Positions 42,501 to 52,172 of a DNA stretch of 64,000 nt are shown in pieces. Each line of letters begins with the position of its first letter. Position 1 is the stretch's first letter. A program made the position numbers and the translations under genes. The notes under the pieces are model-generated. The model ran no database searches, was not told the origin of the DNA, and worked only from the letters and a program-made list of their open reading frames with translations. The stretch is from Escherichia coli (GTDB lineage: Bacteria; Pseudomonadota; Gammaproteobacteria; Enterobacterales; Enterobacteriaceae). Where the stretch lies: the NCBI RefSeq assembly GCF_003790525.1, contig NZ_CP033635.1; one strand, given 5' to 3'.

Positions 42501-44754
42501 AAGTAGTGAGACCGCCCGCACCGATGCAAACGGTGATGCCGTGGTTACATTGCGAGGCACAAAAGCGGGTGAGTTTACAGTTACGGCGACGCTGACCAGA
42601 AATAACACCGTTGCTCATCAGCAAGTCACTTTTATTGGGGATACAAACAGTGCGCAGCTCCAGCCGCTGACTGCCTCATTAAATACCATTGTTGCGGGTG
42701 ACAGTACGGGGAGTACCCTGACGGCAACGATCCTGGACGCTTACCAAAATCCGCTTAAAGACCAGCTGGTCACTTTCCAGAGTAACGATGTCACTCTAAG
42801 TGGAACAGAAGTCACCACCAATACGCTGGGTCAGGCGACGGTAACAATGACCAGCAATATTGCCGGGCAACATAACGTCGTGGTGAGCCGGAAAGCGCAA
42901 GTCTCCGATAATAAAACGTTTAGTTTATCAGTGCTGCCGGATGAAAGTTCGGCGAAGGTAATAAGTATAACCGGAGCCGAAAAAACGATAACGGTTGGCG
43001 AAAACATCACGCTACGGATACTCGTCCAGGACGCGTTTAACAATGTAATATCAGGTCAACGCGTCAGATTAAGTGCGCAGCCAACAGCTAACATTACGAT
43101 AGGCGATACGGCTTACACCGATAATAACGGTTATGCATACGTTAACCTTATTAGCACCCAGCCTGGGGTTTATCAGGTGACGGCAACGCTGGACAATAAC
43201 AGTAGTAGTAAGGTTGACGTGAATGTGGCAAATGGCAAGCTCGAGTTAACATCATCGAAGCCAGAAACCACGGTCCATAACAGTGAAGGTATTACGCTTA
43301 CCGCAACGGCGAGAAATGCGCGGGATGAATTGATGCCTGGGCAAATTATCACCTTTAGCGTAACGCCTGAAGGTGCAACGCTAAGCAATACAGGGGAAAT
43401 CCTTACTGACCAGTCTGGTCAGGCCAAAGTGACGCTGACCAGTAACAAAGTGAATGTCTATACCGTTACGGCCACAATGGGCAAAGATGTTCCCGTTCAG
43501 AGCCAGGTAACGGTTGCGGTTAAGGCAGATGCTAAAACGGCACATGTTGTGAGCGTCGTGGCTTCTCCTGACACCATAACCGCCGACGGCGTTGATAGCA
43601 GCACCATCACGTCACGAGTAGAAGATGATTACGGATTCCCGGTTGAAGGTGTCGATGTTAGTTATGCCTTAGACACCAAAGGCAGCCCGGTAGTTAATAT
43701 TCCAACTACGCGTACCGATCAGTCCGGGCAAGTCACGGCGACAATAACCAGTACATTGGCAGAAACCTTAATAGTCAATGTGCAAGTTCCTGGTACAGCC
43801 AACCAATCCGCAACCATTACATTGGTTGCCGGCACGGCCGATGAAAGTAAGTCAATTTTGAAATCCGACGTTGACACTCTGAAGGCTGACTACCAGCAGA
43901 GCGCAAAACTTACGCTAACATTGCAAGACAAGTACGGTAACCCGATAGTGACGTCTGATCATCTGGAATTTGTCCAGTCAGGCCCCTTCGTGAACTTTCT
44001 CAAGTTGAGCGATATTGATTACAGCCAAAGAAATTATGGCGAGTACACCGTGACTGTCACTGGCGGAAAAGAGGGAACAGCGACTCTCATTCCCATGCTG
44101 AACGGGGTTCATCAGGCAAACTTAAGCGTATCGCTGAATCTCATCCGCTCGATAAAAGAAATGTCCGGTCATGTCACTGCAAACAACCATACCTTCTCCA
44201 CGGCTAAATTCCCGAGCGAAGGTTTTGCAGGAGCGTATTACACACTCAACAATGATAACTTTGAAGCGGGTAAAACCGTTGATGATTATATGTTTTCAAG
44301 TTCACAGAGTTGGGTGTCGGTCGATGCGTCAGGTAAGGTTTCTTTCGCAAATATCGGCGATCAAACGTCAGTCACAATAAGCGCTGTTCCCCGACAAGGA
44401 GGTACAACCTACCAGACCTTAATTAAGCTGAAAGGCTGGTGGGTGAATAATGGAAATCATACCAATATCTGGCTAGCTGCCAATGCGCTCTGTCATGCTA
44501 AAAATGATGGATATACTCTTCCTGCCATCACACATTTGACGTCTGGAGAAAACCAACGCACACAGGGATCGCTATATGGTGAATGGGGGAACGTTGGAGC
44601 GTTTTCCAGTAATTCGCAATTTACACAAGGTGCTTACTGGACAAGTGAATCTGATGATTACAATCGGCACTACTATGTGCAGATGCTAACGGGTATGACC
44701 GGAAGCGACGCTGATTCCAGCCCCCAACTGACCGCCTGCCGTAAATCACTTTAA
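39514..44754 (+). CDS. Inverse autotransporter adhesin (intimin/invasin family): LysM, beta-barrel, tandem Big_1 repeats, C-type-lectin-like tip
   Basis: 1746 aa; signal/LysM-like N-terminus, intimin/invasin-like beta-domain (about aa 150-440), roughly a dozen 90-100-aa Ig-like repeats, C-terminal lectin-like domain ending ...CRKSL; absent from this position in K-12. Confidence 0.85.
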   Translation: MASTNAHQIKNNDQNSLCGLGDKIRRLTAGVCLFTQIFFPVMATAQNVVHAKPQTTVSSPSPLIENNTVPYTLGALESAQSVADRFGISLEELRRLNQFRTFARGFDNVRQGEELDVPATTLQKSHEQQNAVPPANGENTLENQIASTSQRVGPLLSQDMNSEQASGMARGWASSEASGAMTDWLNNFGTAKISLGVDEDFSLKNSQFDFLHPWYDTPDYLLFSQHTLHRTDDRTQINTGLGWRHFTPSWMSGINLFFDHDLSRYHSRAGLGAEYWRDYLKLSSNAYIGLTGWRSAPELDNDYEARPANGWDLRAEGWLPAWPQLGGKLVYEQYYGDEVALFDKNDRQSNPHAITAGLNYTPFPLLTLSAEQRQGKQGENDTRFAVDLTWQPSSSMQKQLNPDEVAGRRSLAGSRYDLIDRNNNIVLEYRKKELIHLSLQDPVKGKSGEIKPLVSSIQTKYALKGYNIEAAALEAAGGKVRTSGKDITVTLPGYRFTNTPETDNTWSIDVTAEDVKGNLSRHEQSMVVIQAPTLSQKDSLLSVNPLTVAADKKSTTTLTVTAHDSDGTPVPGLALQTRSEGVQDITLSDWTDNGDGSYTQMLTAGTTSGSVTLTPQINGESAVKESIVVNIVPVVSSRDHSSITIDNVSYYAGDDIKVRVELKDDSNQPVAYQKEELVKAVTVENSKPGATIVWHEEQPGVYAANYPAHKQGTALRAQLSLHNWNAPLQSHIYNIEANQNKARVATLSATNNDVYADKKTFNTLTINVTDESDNPLTNHQVTFKNEKGSAEFVEPPQQNTDAYGVATINMVSQVAEENTISATLPNGFSQRIIAKFVSDSSTPKFKQLVADPDTIIAGNSQGSTLTATVTDFHNNPLKDMKVNFVAPGGSQLDNTTATTDQSGIVRVHLTSSKAGSYSVDASLEADKNIHQSVTITVVPNREQSVMTLNAGSGSAIANNTNTVILTASVKDVYGHPLPDEDVKFTLPASMTGNFTLSSETARTDANGDAVVTLRGTKAGEFTVTATLTRNNTVAHQQVTFIGDTNSAQLQPLTASLNTIVAGDSTGSTLTATILDAYQNPLKDQLVTFQSNDVTLSGTEVTTNTLGQATVTMTSNIAGQHNVVVSRKAQVSDNKTFSLSVLPDESSAKVISITGAEKTITVGENITLRILVQDAFNNVISGQRVRLSAQPTANITIGDTAYTDNNGYAYVNLISTQPGVYQVTATLDNNSSSKVDVNVANGKLELTSSKPETTVHNSEGITLTATARNARDELMPGQIITFSVTPEGATLSNTGEILTDQSGQAKVTLTSNKVNVYTVTATMGKDVPVQSQVTVAVKADAKTAHVVSVVASPDTITADGVDSSTITSRVEDDYGFPVEGVDVSYALDTKGSPVVNIPTTRTDQSGQVTATITSTLAETLIVNVQVPGTANQSATITLVAGTADESKSILKSDVDTLKADYQQSAKLTLTLQDKYGNPIVTSDHLEFVQSGPFVNFLKLSDIDYSQRNYGEYTVTVTGGKEGTATLIPMLNGVHQANLSVSLNLIRSIKEMSGHVTANNHTFSTAKFPSEGFAGAYYTLNNDNFEAGKTVDDYMFSSSQSWVSVDASGKVSFANIGDQTSVTISAVPRQGGTTYQTLIKLKGWWVNNGNHTNIWLAANALCHAKNDGYTLPAITHLTSGENQRTQGSLYGEWGNVGAFSSNSQFTQGAYWTSESDDYNRHYYVQMLTGMTGSDADSSPQLTACRKSL

Positions 44755-44770
44755 TTTCAGCAGGTTATTA

Positions 44771-44798
44771 AGGATACCCTTGTGCGAGGGTATCCTTT
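44771..44798 (+). terminator. Hairpin downstream of adhesin gene
   Basis: aggataccc-ttgtgcga-gggtatcct followed by tt; 17 nt after stop. Confidence 0.55.
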
Positions 44799-44874
44799 CC
44801 GACTGATAACAAACGCTACATTGCCTGATCCGCTGCGCTTATCAGTCCTATATAACCCCTGCAATATCTTGAAT

Positions 44875-45459
44875 TTATTGTTTTTGTAACCCAGCCGGCA
44901 TGAACGGCCACTCAAGAAACTCAACAGCAACCGTTGATGTCAGCCAGACCCCGTTTTCCGCTTGCCAGAAAGGGAGGCCTCGTTTCGCCATTTCCTGTGC
45001 TTTGACGGTTAAAATAACCGGCGATCCGTGTCTTGCTCCCACTTTGCGTGCCGTTGCTTCATCAGCAGAGAGATGTACGTAGTGACGCTCACCTGCAATC
45101 AGCCCCTGTTTTTTTATCTCGTCAAGGAAACGGCTTGCCGTACCGTGGTAGAGAAACTGTGGCGGTGTTTTTTCGGCAAAGGAAATAGCGACCTGCGAAG
45201 TCGAATGCCCCTGAACCGCGCGGATGCACCTACCATCACTGGAATAACTAAAACGCTTTTTATCGCTGGTGGCGACAACGGTATCCAGCAATGCACGGGT
45301 TAACCGCTTGCCCGCTTTTTGGGCACAAAGTATGAGCTTATCGATATCCGCCCATCCTTCACGGTCCAGTACGATACCAATCGACTCCGGTTTGTGTCGG
45401 AGGACAAAACTTAAAAACTTGCTCGTATCCGCCAGCTCTTTTTCGTTGTACTTTGCCAT
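44875..45459 (-). CDS. kptA: RNA 2'-phosphotransferase (Tpt1 family)
   Basis: 194-aa [28 protein letters not shown]... recognised as KptA; synteny. Confidence 0.85.
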
Positions 45460-45708
45460 CTCGTTTTCGTCCCTGGATTTTCTGTTTTTATTTACTTATG
45501 TCATTGTCACTGGGTTTATGAATTTACTGCAATTCAATCCAGCGCAGAACCTTTTCCCTATAGCGTAATTTTTCCGCTATGCAAAAAACGCATAGCCAGA
45601 AACATACTTGCATTTTCCCCATACCCACATGGCTGATAAGGCTTTTCAGCTCCAGGAATTTTCCTGGCTCAAGCAACACACAAACACAAAAAAACAATGG
45701 GGATTGTT

Positions 45709-46392
45709 ATGACACAACAAGGGGATGCTGTAGCCGGGGAGCTGGCGACAGAAAAAGTGGGTATTAAAGGGTATCTGGCTTTTTTTCTCACCATAATCTT
45801 TTTTTCCGGTGTTTTTTCCGGAACAGACAGCTGGTGGCGCGTTTTTGATTTTTCCGTTCTGAACGGATCGTTTGGGCAACTGCCTGGTGCGAACGGAGCC
45901 ACCACCTCGTTTCGCGGGGCGGGTGGCGCGGGGGCTAAAGATGGCTTTCTCTTTGCGCTGGAGCTGGCACCGTCAGTCATTCTCTCTCTGGGAATTATCT
46001 CGATTACCGATGGTCTTGGCGGATTGCGCGCCGCGCAGCAGTTAATGACGCCCGTGCTAAAACCGTTGTTGGGCATTCCAGGGATCTGCTCGCTGGCGCT
46101 GATCGCTAACCTGCAAAACACCGATGCCGCCGCCGGTATGACCAAAGAGCTGGCGCAGGAAGGTGAAATTACCGAACGTGATAAAGTGATATTCGCCGCA
46201 TATCAAACCAGCGGTAGCGCCATTATCACCAACTACTTCTCTTCCGGCGTCGCGGTGTTTGCCTTTCTGGGCACGTCCGTAATCGTACCTTTAGCCGTCA
46301 TCCTGGTGTTTAAATTTGTCGGAGCCAACATTTTGCGCGTCTGGCTTAACTTCGAAGAACGTCGCAACCCAACGCAAGGAGCGCAAGCATGA
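45709..46392 (+). CDS. yjiH: YjiH, nucleoside-recognition-domain membrane protein
   Basis: ORF 45697..46392; start set at MTQQGD with SD GGGGA upstream, giving 227 aa. Confidence 0.85.
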   Translation: MTQQGDAVAGELATEKVGIKGYLAFFLTIIFFSGVFSGTDSWWRVFDFSVLNGSFGQLPGANGATTSFRGAGGAGAKDGFLFALELAPSVILSLGIISITDGLGGLRAAQQLMTPVLKPLLGIPGICSLALIANLQNTDAAAGMTKELAQEGEITERDKVIFAAYQTSGSAIITNYFSSGVAVFAFLGTSVIVPLAVILVFKFVGANILRVWLNFEERRNPTQGAQA

Positions 46393-46850
46393 CAACTCAG
46401 GTCCGCAAAAACGTCATGGATATGTTTATCGATGGCGCGCGCCGTGGCTTTACTATCGCCACCACCAACCTGCTGCCAAACGTGGTGATGGCGTTTGTCA
46501 TCATTCAGGCGCTGAAAATTACCGGCCTGCTCGACTGGGTGGGGCATATCTGTGAACCGGTAATGGCGCTGTGGGGATTGCCAGGTGAAGCGGCAACCGT
46601 CCTTTTAGCCGCATTAATGAGTATGGGCGGCGCAGTCGGTGTTGCCGCCAGTCTGGCGACCGCTGGCGCATTAACCGGCCACGATGTCACCGTTTTACTG
46701 CCCGCGATGTATTTAATGGGCAACCCGGTGCAAAATGTCGGTCGCTGCCTGGGGACAGCCGAAGTGAATGCCAAATATTACCCGCATATCATTACGGTCT
46801 GCGTGATTAACGCATTGCTGTCGATCTGGGTTATGCAGCTTATTGTTTAA
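46389..46850 (+). CDS. yjiG: YjiG, SpmB-like membrane protein
   Basis: 153 aa, 4-nt overlap with yjiH. Confidence 0.85.
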   Translation: MTTQVRKNVMDMFIDGARRGFTIATTNLLPNVVMAFVIIQALKITGLLDWVGHICEPVMALWGLPGEAATVLLAALMSMGGAVGVAASLATAGALTGHDVTVLLPAMYLMGNPVQNVGRCLGTAEVNAKYYPHIITVCVINALLSIWVMQLIV

Positions 46851-46862
46851 CAAGGAGTTACC

Positions 46863-48035
46863 ATGATTGATTATACCGCAGCCGGTTTTACCCTGCTGCA
46901 GGGAGCGCATTTGTATGCGCCGGAAGATCGGGGAGTTTGCGATGTCCTCGTCGCTAACGGCAAAATTATCGCCGTTGCCAGTAATATCCCTTCTGACATT
47001 GTACCGGACTGCACGGTTGTCGATCTCAGCGGGCAGATCCTCTGCCCAGGTTTTATTGATCAACACGTTCATTTGATTGGCGGTGGCGGTGAAGCAGGTC
47101 CCACGACGCGCACGCCGGAAGTGGCGTTAAGTCGCCTGACGGAAGCGGGCGTCACGTCAGTGGTTGGTCTGCTGGGCACCGACTCTATCTCTCGCCACCC
47201 GGAATCCCTGCTCGCCAAGACCCGTGCGCTCAATGAAGAAGGCATCAGCGCCTGGATGCTGACCGGCGCTTATCATGTCCCTTCCCGCACTATTACGGGT
47301 TCCGTGGAAAAAGACGTGGCGATTATCGATCGCGTGATTGGTGTGAAATGCGCCATCTCTGATCACCGTTCTGCCGCACCGGACGTTTATCACCTGGCTA
47401 ATATGGCGGCGGAATCCCGCGTTGGCGGTTTGCTTGGCGGTAAACCTGGCGTCACCGTGTTCCACATGGGCGACAGTAAAAAGGCGTTACAGCCTGTCTA
47501 TGACCTGCTGGAAAACTGCGATGTGCCGATCAGCAAGCTGCTGCCGACCCACGTTAACCGCAACGTTCCGTTGTTTGAGCAGGCGCTGGAGTTTGCGCAC
47601 AAAGGCGGCACTATCGACATCACCAGCAGCATTGACGAACCGGTCGCCCCTGCCGAAGGTATTGCCCGCGCCGTTCAGGCGGGTATTCCGCTGGCACGCG
47701 TCACCCTCAGCTCCGACGGCAACGGTAGCCAGCCGTTCTTCGATGACGAAGGGAATTTAACCCATATCGGTGTTGCCGGTTTTGAAACGTTGCTGGAAAC
47801 CGTGCAGGTGCTGGTCAAAGACTATGATTTCAGTATCAGCGATGCCCTGCGCCCGCTCACCAGTAGCGTAGCCGGTTTCCTTAACCTGACCGGGAAAGGC
47901 GAAATTCTGCCAGGCAATGATGCAGACTTACTGGTCATGACGCCAGAATTGCGCATTGAGCAGGTATACGCTCGCGGCAAACTGATGGTCAAAGACGGCA
48001 AAGCCTGCGTGAAAGGAACGTTTGAAACGGCTTAA
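46863..48035 (+). CDS. iadA: Isoaspartyl dipeptidase (amidohydrolase superfamily)
   Basis: 390 aa; metal-binding HxH (DQHVHLIGGGGE); synteny. Confidence 0.9.
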   Translation: MIDYTAAGFTLLQGAHLYAPEDRGVCDVLVANGKIIAVASNIPSDIVPDCTVVDLSGQILCPGFIDQHVHLIGGGGEAGPTTRTPEVALSRLTEAGVTSVVGLLGTDSISRHPESLLAKTRALNEEGISAWMLTGAYHVPSRTITGSVEKDVAIIDRVIGVKCAISDHRSAAPDVYHLANMAAESRVGGLLGGKPGVTVFHMGDSKKALQPVYDLLENCDVPISKLLPTHVNRNVPLFEQALEFAHKGGTIDITSSIDEPVAPAEGIARAVQAGIPLARVTLSSDGNGSQPFFDDEGNLTHIGVAGFETLLETVQVLVKDYDFSISDALRPLTSSVAGFLNLTGKGEILPGNDADLLVMTPELRIEQVYARGKLMVKDGKACVKGTFETA

Positions 48036-48099
48036 ACGGTTGTCAGCCGCCCGAATGGACGTAGAATGCCCGCAAGGGCGGCTGACAGAGTAAAACGTA

Positions 48100-49011
48100 A
48101 TGGATGGCTGTGGTGCGGTTTTGCATAATATTGAAACAAAATGGCTTTATGATTTTCTGACCCTGGAAAAATGCCGCAACTTTTCCCAGGCGGCAGTCAG
48201 TCGCAACGTCTCGCAACCGGCATTCAGCCGCCGCATCCGTGCACTGGAACAGGCGATTGGCGTTGAATTGTTTAACCGCCAGGTGACGCCGCTGCAACTC
48301 TCGGAACAAGGGAAAATCTTTCATTCGCAGATCCGCCATCTGTTGCAACAGTTAGAAAGCAACCTGGCAGAGCTGCGTGGCGGCAGCGATTACGCGCAAC
48401 GTAAAATCAAGATAGCCGCTGCACACTCTCTTTCCCTCGGTCTGTTACCGTCCATTATCAGCCAGATGCCGCCGCTCTTTACCTGGGCGATTGAAGCCAT
48501 TGATGTCGATGAAGCGGTCGATAAACTGCGTGAAGGGCAAAGTGACTGTATTTTTTCCTTTCACGACGAAGATTTGCTGGAAGCACCATTTGACCACATT
48601 CGCTTATTTGAATCTCAATTGTTCCCCGTCTGCGCCAGTGACGAACACGGAGAAGCACTTTTTAACCTCGCGCAGCCACACTTTCCGTTACTGAATTACA
48701 GCCGCAATTCCTACATGGGGCGATTGATTAATCGCACCCTGACGCGCCACAGTGAGTTAAGTTTCAGCACCTTTTTTGTCTCTTCGATGAGCGAGCTTTT
48801 AAAGCAGGTTGCCCTCGACGGCTGTGGGATTGCCTGGCTACCGGAGTACGCCATACAACAAGAAATTCGCAGCGGGCAGCTCGTTGTGCTTAATCGGGAC
48901 GAACTGGTGATCCCGATTCAGGCTTACGCATACAGGATGAACACCCGTATGAATCCCGTTGCCGAACGCTTCTGGCGTGAACTGCGCGAGCTGGAGATTG
49001 TGCTTAGCTGA
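48100..49011 (+). CDS. hypT: LysR-family hypochlorite-responsive regulator
   Basis: 303 aa; N-terminal LysR HTH (KWLYDFLTLEKCRNFSQAAVSRNVSQPAFSRRIRALE). Confidence 0.85.
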   Translation: MDGCGAVLHNIETKWLYDFLTLEKCRNFSQAAVSRNVSQPAFSRRIRALEQAIGVELFNRQVTPLQLSEQGKIFHSQIRHLLQQLESNLAELRGGSDYAQRKIKIAAAHSLSLGLLPSIISQMPPLFTWAIEAIDVDEAVDKLREGQSDCIFSFHDEDLLEAPFDHIRLFESQLFPVCASDEHGEALFNLAQPHFPLLNYSRNSYMGRLINRTLTRHSELSFSTFFVSSMSELLKQVALDGCGIAWLPEYAIQQEIRSGQLVVLNRDELVIPIQAYAYRMNTRMNPVAERFWRELRELEIVLS

Positions 49012-49097
49012 CATTATTCTGCAGAACATGGAATTTTGACATTAACGCCGGATGGAGATTAATCCATCCGGCAAACGCATTTATTATCTTGAATAAC

Positions 49098-50501
49098 TCA
49101 GGCCTTTGCTTCGTTGAAGCGCAGTAAACGGAAACCTGTAGAAGCATAGATCAACGCAAATATCATCGAGCAGAAACAGAATACACAGTACGGCAAGTAA
49201 CTAAACGTCGGCACGCCTAGTGTTGTCGCCATATACAATCCGGCAGCTGACCACGGAATAATTGGCGCGCTCATGGTGCCAAAATCTTCCAGCGTTCGGG
49301 CTAAGACTAACGGTGATAAATTAAGATCTTCGAATTTCTTCATCATCAATTCAGATATAACAATCTTATTCAAACCATCAGAACCGGTAAGTAAGTTAAT
49401 GATGATCGCTAAAACACCGCTTGCCAGAATAGCGCCAAAGGCACTTTTTATTTTGTTTGCCGCACTTTGTAATGTGACATCCATCATTCCTGTTCCCGTC
49501 AGGATGCCAGCAAACATCATGGCGCAGATAATAAATGACAGGAATCCGCCCTGATTATTCAGGCCGCCTTGTTCAAGCAGTTCTTTCACAGAAGGTAACA
49601 GCGTCGTTGAATCAGTGATCATCGTCAGACGGAAACCACTCATTGTGGCCTTAATACCTTCGGCCAGCGGGAAACCTTGATACAGCCATCCAACCAATAC
49701 GGCCACGAACGCACTGCTTAATAATGCCGGTACTGTAGGCAAACGCAAAAAGGTAAAGCACAGAACAATAAGCATAGGCAGTAGCGGTAACAGACCAAAC
49801 TTATATAACTCTTTGAGCTGTACCAGCATCTGCATGCTTTCTGGTGAAATAGAGCCCGTAGAAGTATGAATCATTCCCAGCCAGGTAAAAAACAGCAGGC
49901 TAATAATCGTTGATGGGATGGTCGTCCAGAGTAGATATTTAATCAGATCATAAAGTTTAGTTTTGGTTACCGCTGAAGTCAGGTTAGTGGTATCACTTAA
50001 CGGTGAAAGTTTGTCGCCAAAATAAGCCCCGGTAACAATGGCTGCCGCCAGAATTGGAAGATCGGCATGTAAGCCGGAACCGATGCCCATTAATGCAACA
50101 CCAATAGAAGCGACAGATCCCCATGATGCCCCGGAAACATAGGACAATACTGCGTTCAGAAAAAACGCTATAGCATAAAGCCATGCGGGCGCAACCAGTA
50201 ACATACCGTAATAAACCAGCATCGGCAGTGTACCTGCATAGCTCCATGTCGCGACCATAAAGCCAACGAAAATAACGATAAGTACCGGTGCCATCACCGC
50301 CGAAATCTTATCGATAATAAACCCCTGGATTTCATCCCAGGTATATTTCAGCTTAGCCATTGCAATAATGCAGGAAAACGCCGCTGAAATTAATAAACAG
50401 ACGCTGGCAGGCCAGCCCATAACACCGATGCCAACAACCAACACGATCATCATAAAAATGATCGGTGTAAGCGCGACATAAAAACTGGGTTTTTCTCTCA
50501 T
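49098..50501 (-). CDS. NhaC-family Na+/H+ antiporter-type transporter
   Basis: 467-aa polytopic membrane protein; 14 nt downstream of FAD oxidoreductase (50516..51886). Confidence 0.65.
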   Translation of the reverse strand: MREKPSFYVALTPIIFMMIVLVVGIGVMGWPASVCLLISAAFSCIIAMAKLKYTWDEIQGFIIDKISAVMAPVLIVIFVGFMVATWSYAGTLPMLVYYGMLLVAPAWLYAIAFFLNAVLSYVSGASWGSVASIGVALMGIGSGLHADLPILAAAIVTGAYFGDKLSPLSDTTNLTSAVTKTKLYDLIKYLLWTTIPSTIISLLFFTWLGMIHTSTGSISPESMQMLVQLKELYKFGLLPLLPMLIVLCFTFLRLPTVPALLSSAFVAVLVGWLYQGFPLAEGIKATMSGFRLTMITDSTTLLPSVKELLEQGGLNNQGGFLSFIICAMMFAGILTGTGMMDVTLQSAANKIKSAFGAILASGVLAIIINLLTGSDGLNKIVISELMMKKFEDLNLSPLVLARTLEDFGTMSAPIIPWSAAGLYMATTLGVPTFSYLPYCVFCFCSMIFALIYASTGFRLLRFNEAKA

Positions 50502-50515
50502 AACTTTATTCCCTG

Positions 50516-51886
50516 TTAAAAGACTTTTACGCCATTTTGCTGTAAGCGTTCCTGTACCGTCTGAATATCTACCTGTGAAACGGTAGTGTTATTTTTAATG
50601 GCAATAGCAGCGGCAGTCCCTGCACCTTCTCCAGTGACAATACAACACCCCATATTACGGATTGTCGCATAGGCGAAATTATCTGCATCGATTGCCCGTC
50701 CGCAAACCAACAGGTTTTCAACTTGCTGCGGAATCATTACGCCATAAGGGATTTGAAAATAGTTCGCTTCAAGAGGTAATTTAAGATGACCATTTCCATC
50801 TATAAACTCAGGGAATACCCCTATTGAATCCGCATGACGTCCCTCATTACAAATATCATTTTCCGTAAGCTGGACTCGCCCAATAATATGTCTTGATTCT
50901 CTTGTTCCCACCGTCATACCGAAATTTTTTAATTGTGCCTGTTCAAATCCTGGCTGGAATTGACGCAACGCTTCAATCGCCTGCATGGCTTGCTTGCGGC
51001 CTTCTATTTCTGCACGCGTCAGGTCAAAAACATCCGTACAATCGACGGCAGGGATGCTGACAACGTTCAAGTAATTCGCATCACCATACTCGGTGACCGT
51101 ACTCCAGGAACCGCCTAACGTCACATCTTTTGGAATAATTCCTGCCGACTTTCCTTTCGCAAAGACTTTACCCAGATAAGGGCTAAACATATCGCGACAA
51201 GATTCATGAACATCATAAGACCAGTTTTTATTTTCTTCATCCGCCCCCCAGTCTCCATATTTAGGTTCCGTGCTCTTAATATTTTGCATGAACGCGTTTT
51301 TATTTATATTTGCGCAACTAAAAACGGTTGTCATACACATTAGCTCTTCGCGTTCACGCTTAATAAATGGTGCTCCGGCAAACCATGCAATATCGGCATC
51401 GCCAGTACAGTCAATAATGACATTCGCCAAAATAGCCTGACGACCAGATTTACTCTCTGTTATTACGCCGAGTAAATTATTGCCCTGCTTAATAACATCA
51501 ACGGCGGTAATGTGTAGTACGCGGCGCACACCTGCCTGTTCAAGCATTGCATCCGCAACCAGTTTGAAACGCTCGGCGTTAATAGCCTGACTATTCGATT
51601 GCGGCTCAGGGCTGGACGCCCCCATTGATTTTGCCGTTTCTTCTATTTCGCGTGCCAGTCCACCTGACTCTACCGTATTTTCATGACGCCACCAGGCAAT
51701 TGACTCGACGCCAGCCGTTGTCATCATTCCGCCAAAACAACCGAAACGTTCAATCAGCATAGTAGCTGCGCCTTCACGAGCGGCACTCATTGCTGCGGCA
51801 ATACCCGATGGACCACCACCAACAACTAACACTTCCGTGGTTGCCAGTACAGGTATATTACGAGCGGGTTCCAGATAAAATTCCAT
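50516..51886 (-). CDS. FAD-dependent oxidoreductase (paralog 1)
   Basis: 456 aa; N-terminal dinucleotide-binding VVGGGPSGIAAAMSAAREG; shares many blocks with 61055..62449 (e.g. DCTGDADIA, FDCTDVFDLTKAEI / VDCTDVFDLTRAEI, GIFPEFIDG, MRNM.CC.VTGE). Confidence 0.7.
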   Translation of the reverse strand: MEFYLEPARNIPVLATTEVLVVGGGPSGIAAAMSAAREGAATMLIERFGCFGGMMTTAGVESIAWWRHENTVESGGLAREIEETAKSMGASSPEPQSNSQAINAERFKLVADAMLEQAGVRRVLHITAVDVIKQGNNLLGVITESKSGRQAILANVIIDCTGDADIAWFAGAPFIKREREELMCMTTVFSCANINKNAFMQNIKSTEPKYGDWGADEENKNWSYDVHESCRDMFSPYLGKVFAKGKSAGIIPKDVTLGGSWSTVTEYGDANYLNVVSIPAVDCTDVFDLTRAEIEGRKQAMQAIEALRQFQPGFEQAQLKNFGMTVGTRESRHIIGRVQLTENDICNEGRHADSIGVFPEFIDGNGHLKLPLEANYFQIPYGVMIPQQVENLLVCGRAIDADNFAYATIRNMGCCIVTGEGAGTAAAIAIKNNTTVSQVDIQTVQERLQQNGVKVF

Positions 51887-52172
51887 ACTTTATCTCCGTA
51901 TTCAATAATTGAGTAAAACAATCCCCCGCGCTTATATAAGCGCGTTGATATTTTTAATTATTAACAAGCAACATCATGCTAATACAGACATACAAGGAGA
52001 TCATCTCTCTTTGCCTGTTTTTTATTATTTCAGGAGTGTAAACACATTTTCCGTCTCCCTGGCTAATAACCACATTGGCATTTATGGAGCACATCACAAT
52101 ATTTCAATACCATTAAAGCACTGCATCAAAATGAAACACTGCGATATTAAAATTCTTTCAATTTGAAAAGCA

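Noticed and set aside
44830-44860. REP-like gcgcttatcagtcctat between adhesin gene and kptA
   Set aside because: Partial, single-arm match to REP consensus; insufficient to call.
52060-52080. TGGCAT-N5-GAGCA sigma-54-like motif
   Set aside because: Lies on the + strand pointing into the antisense of the regulator gene, and the -12 element deviates from TTGCA; not a credible promoter for either flanking operon.
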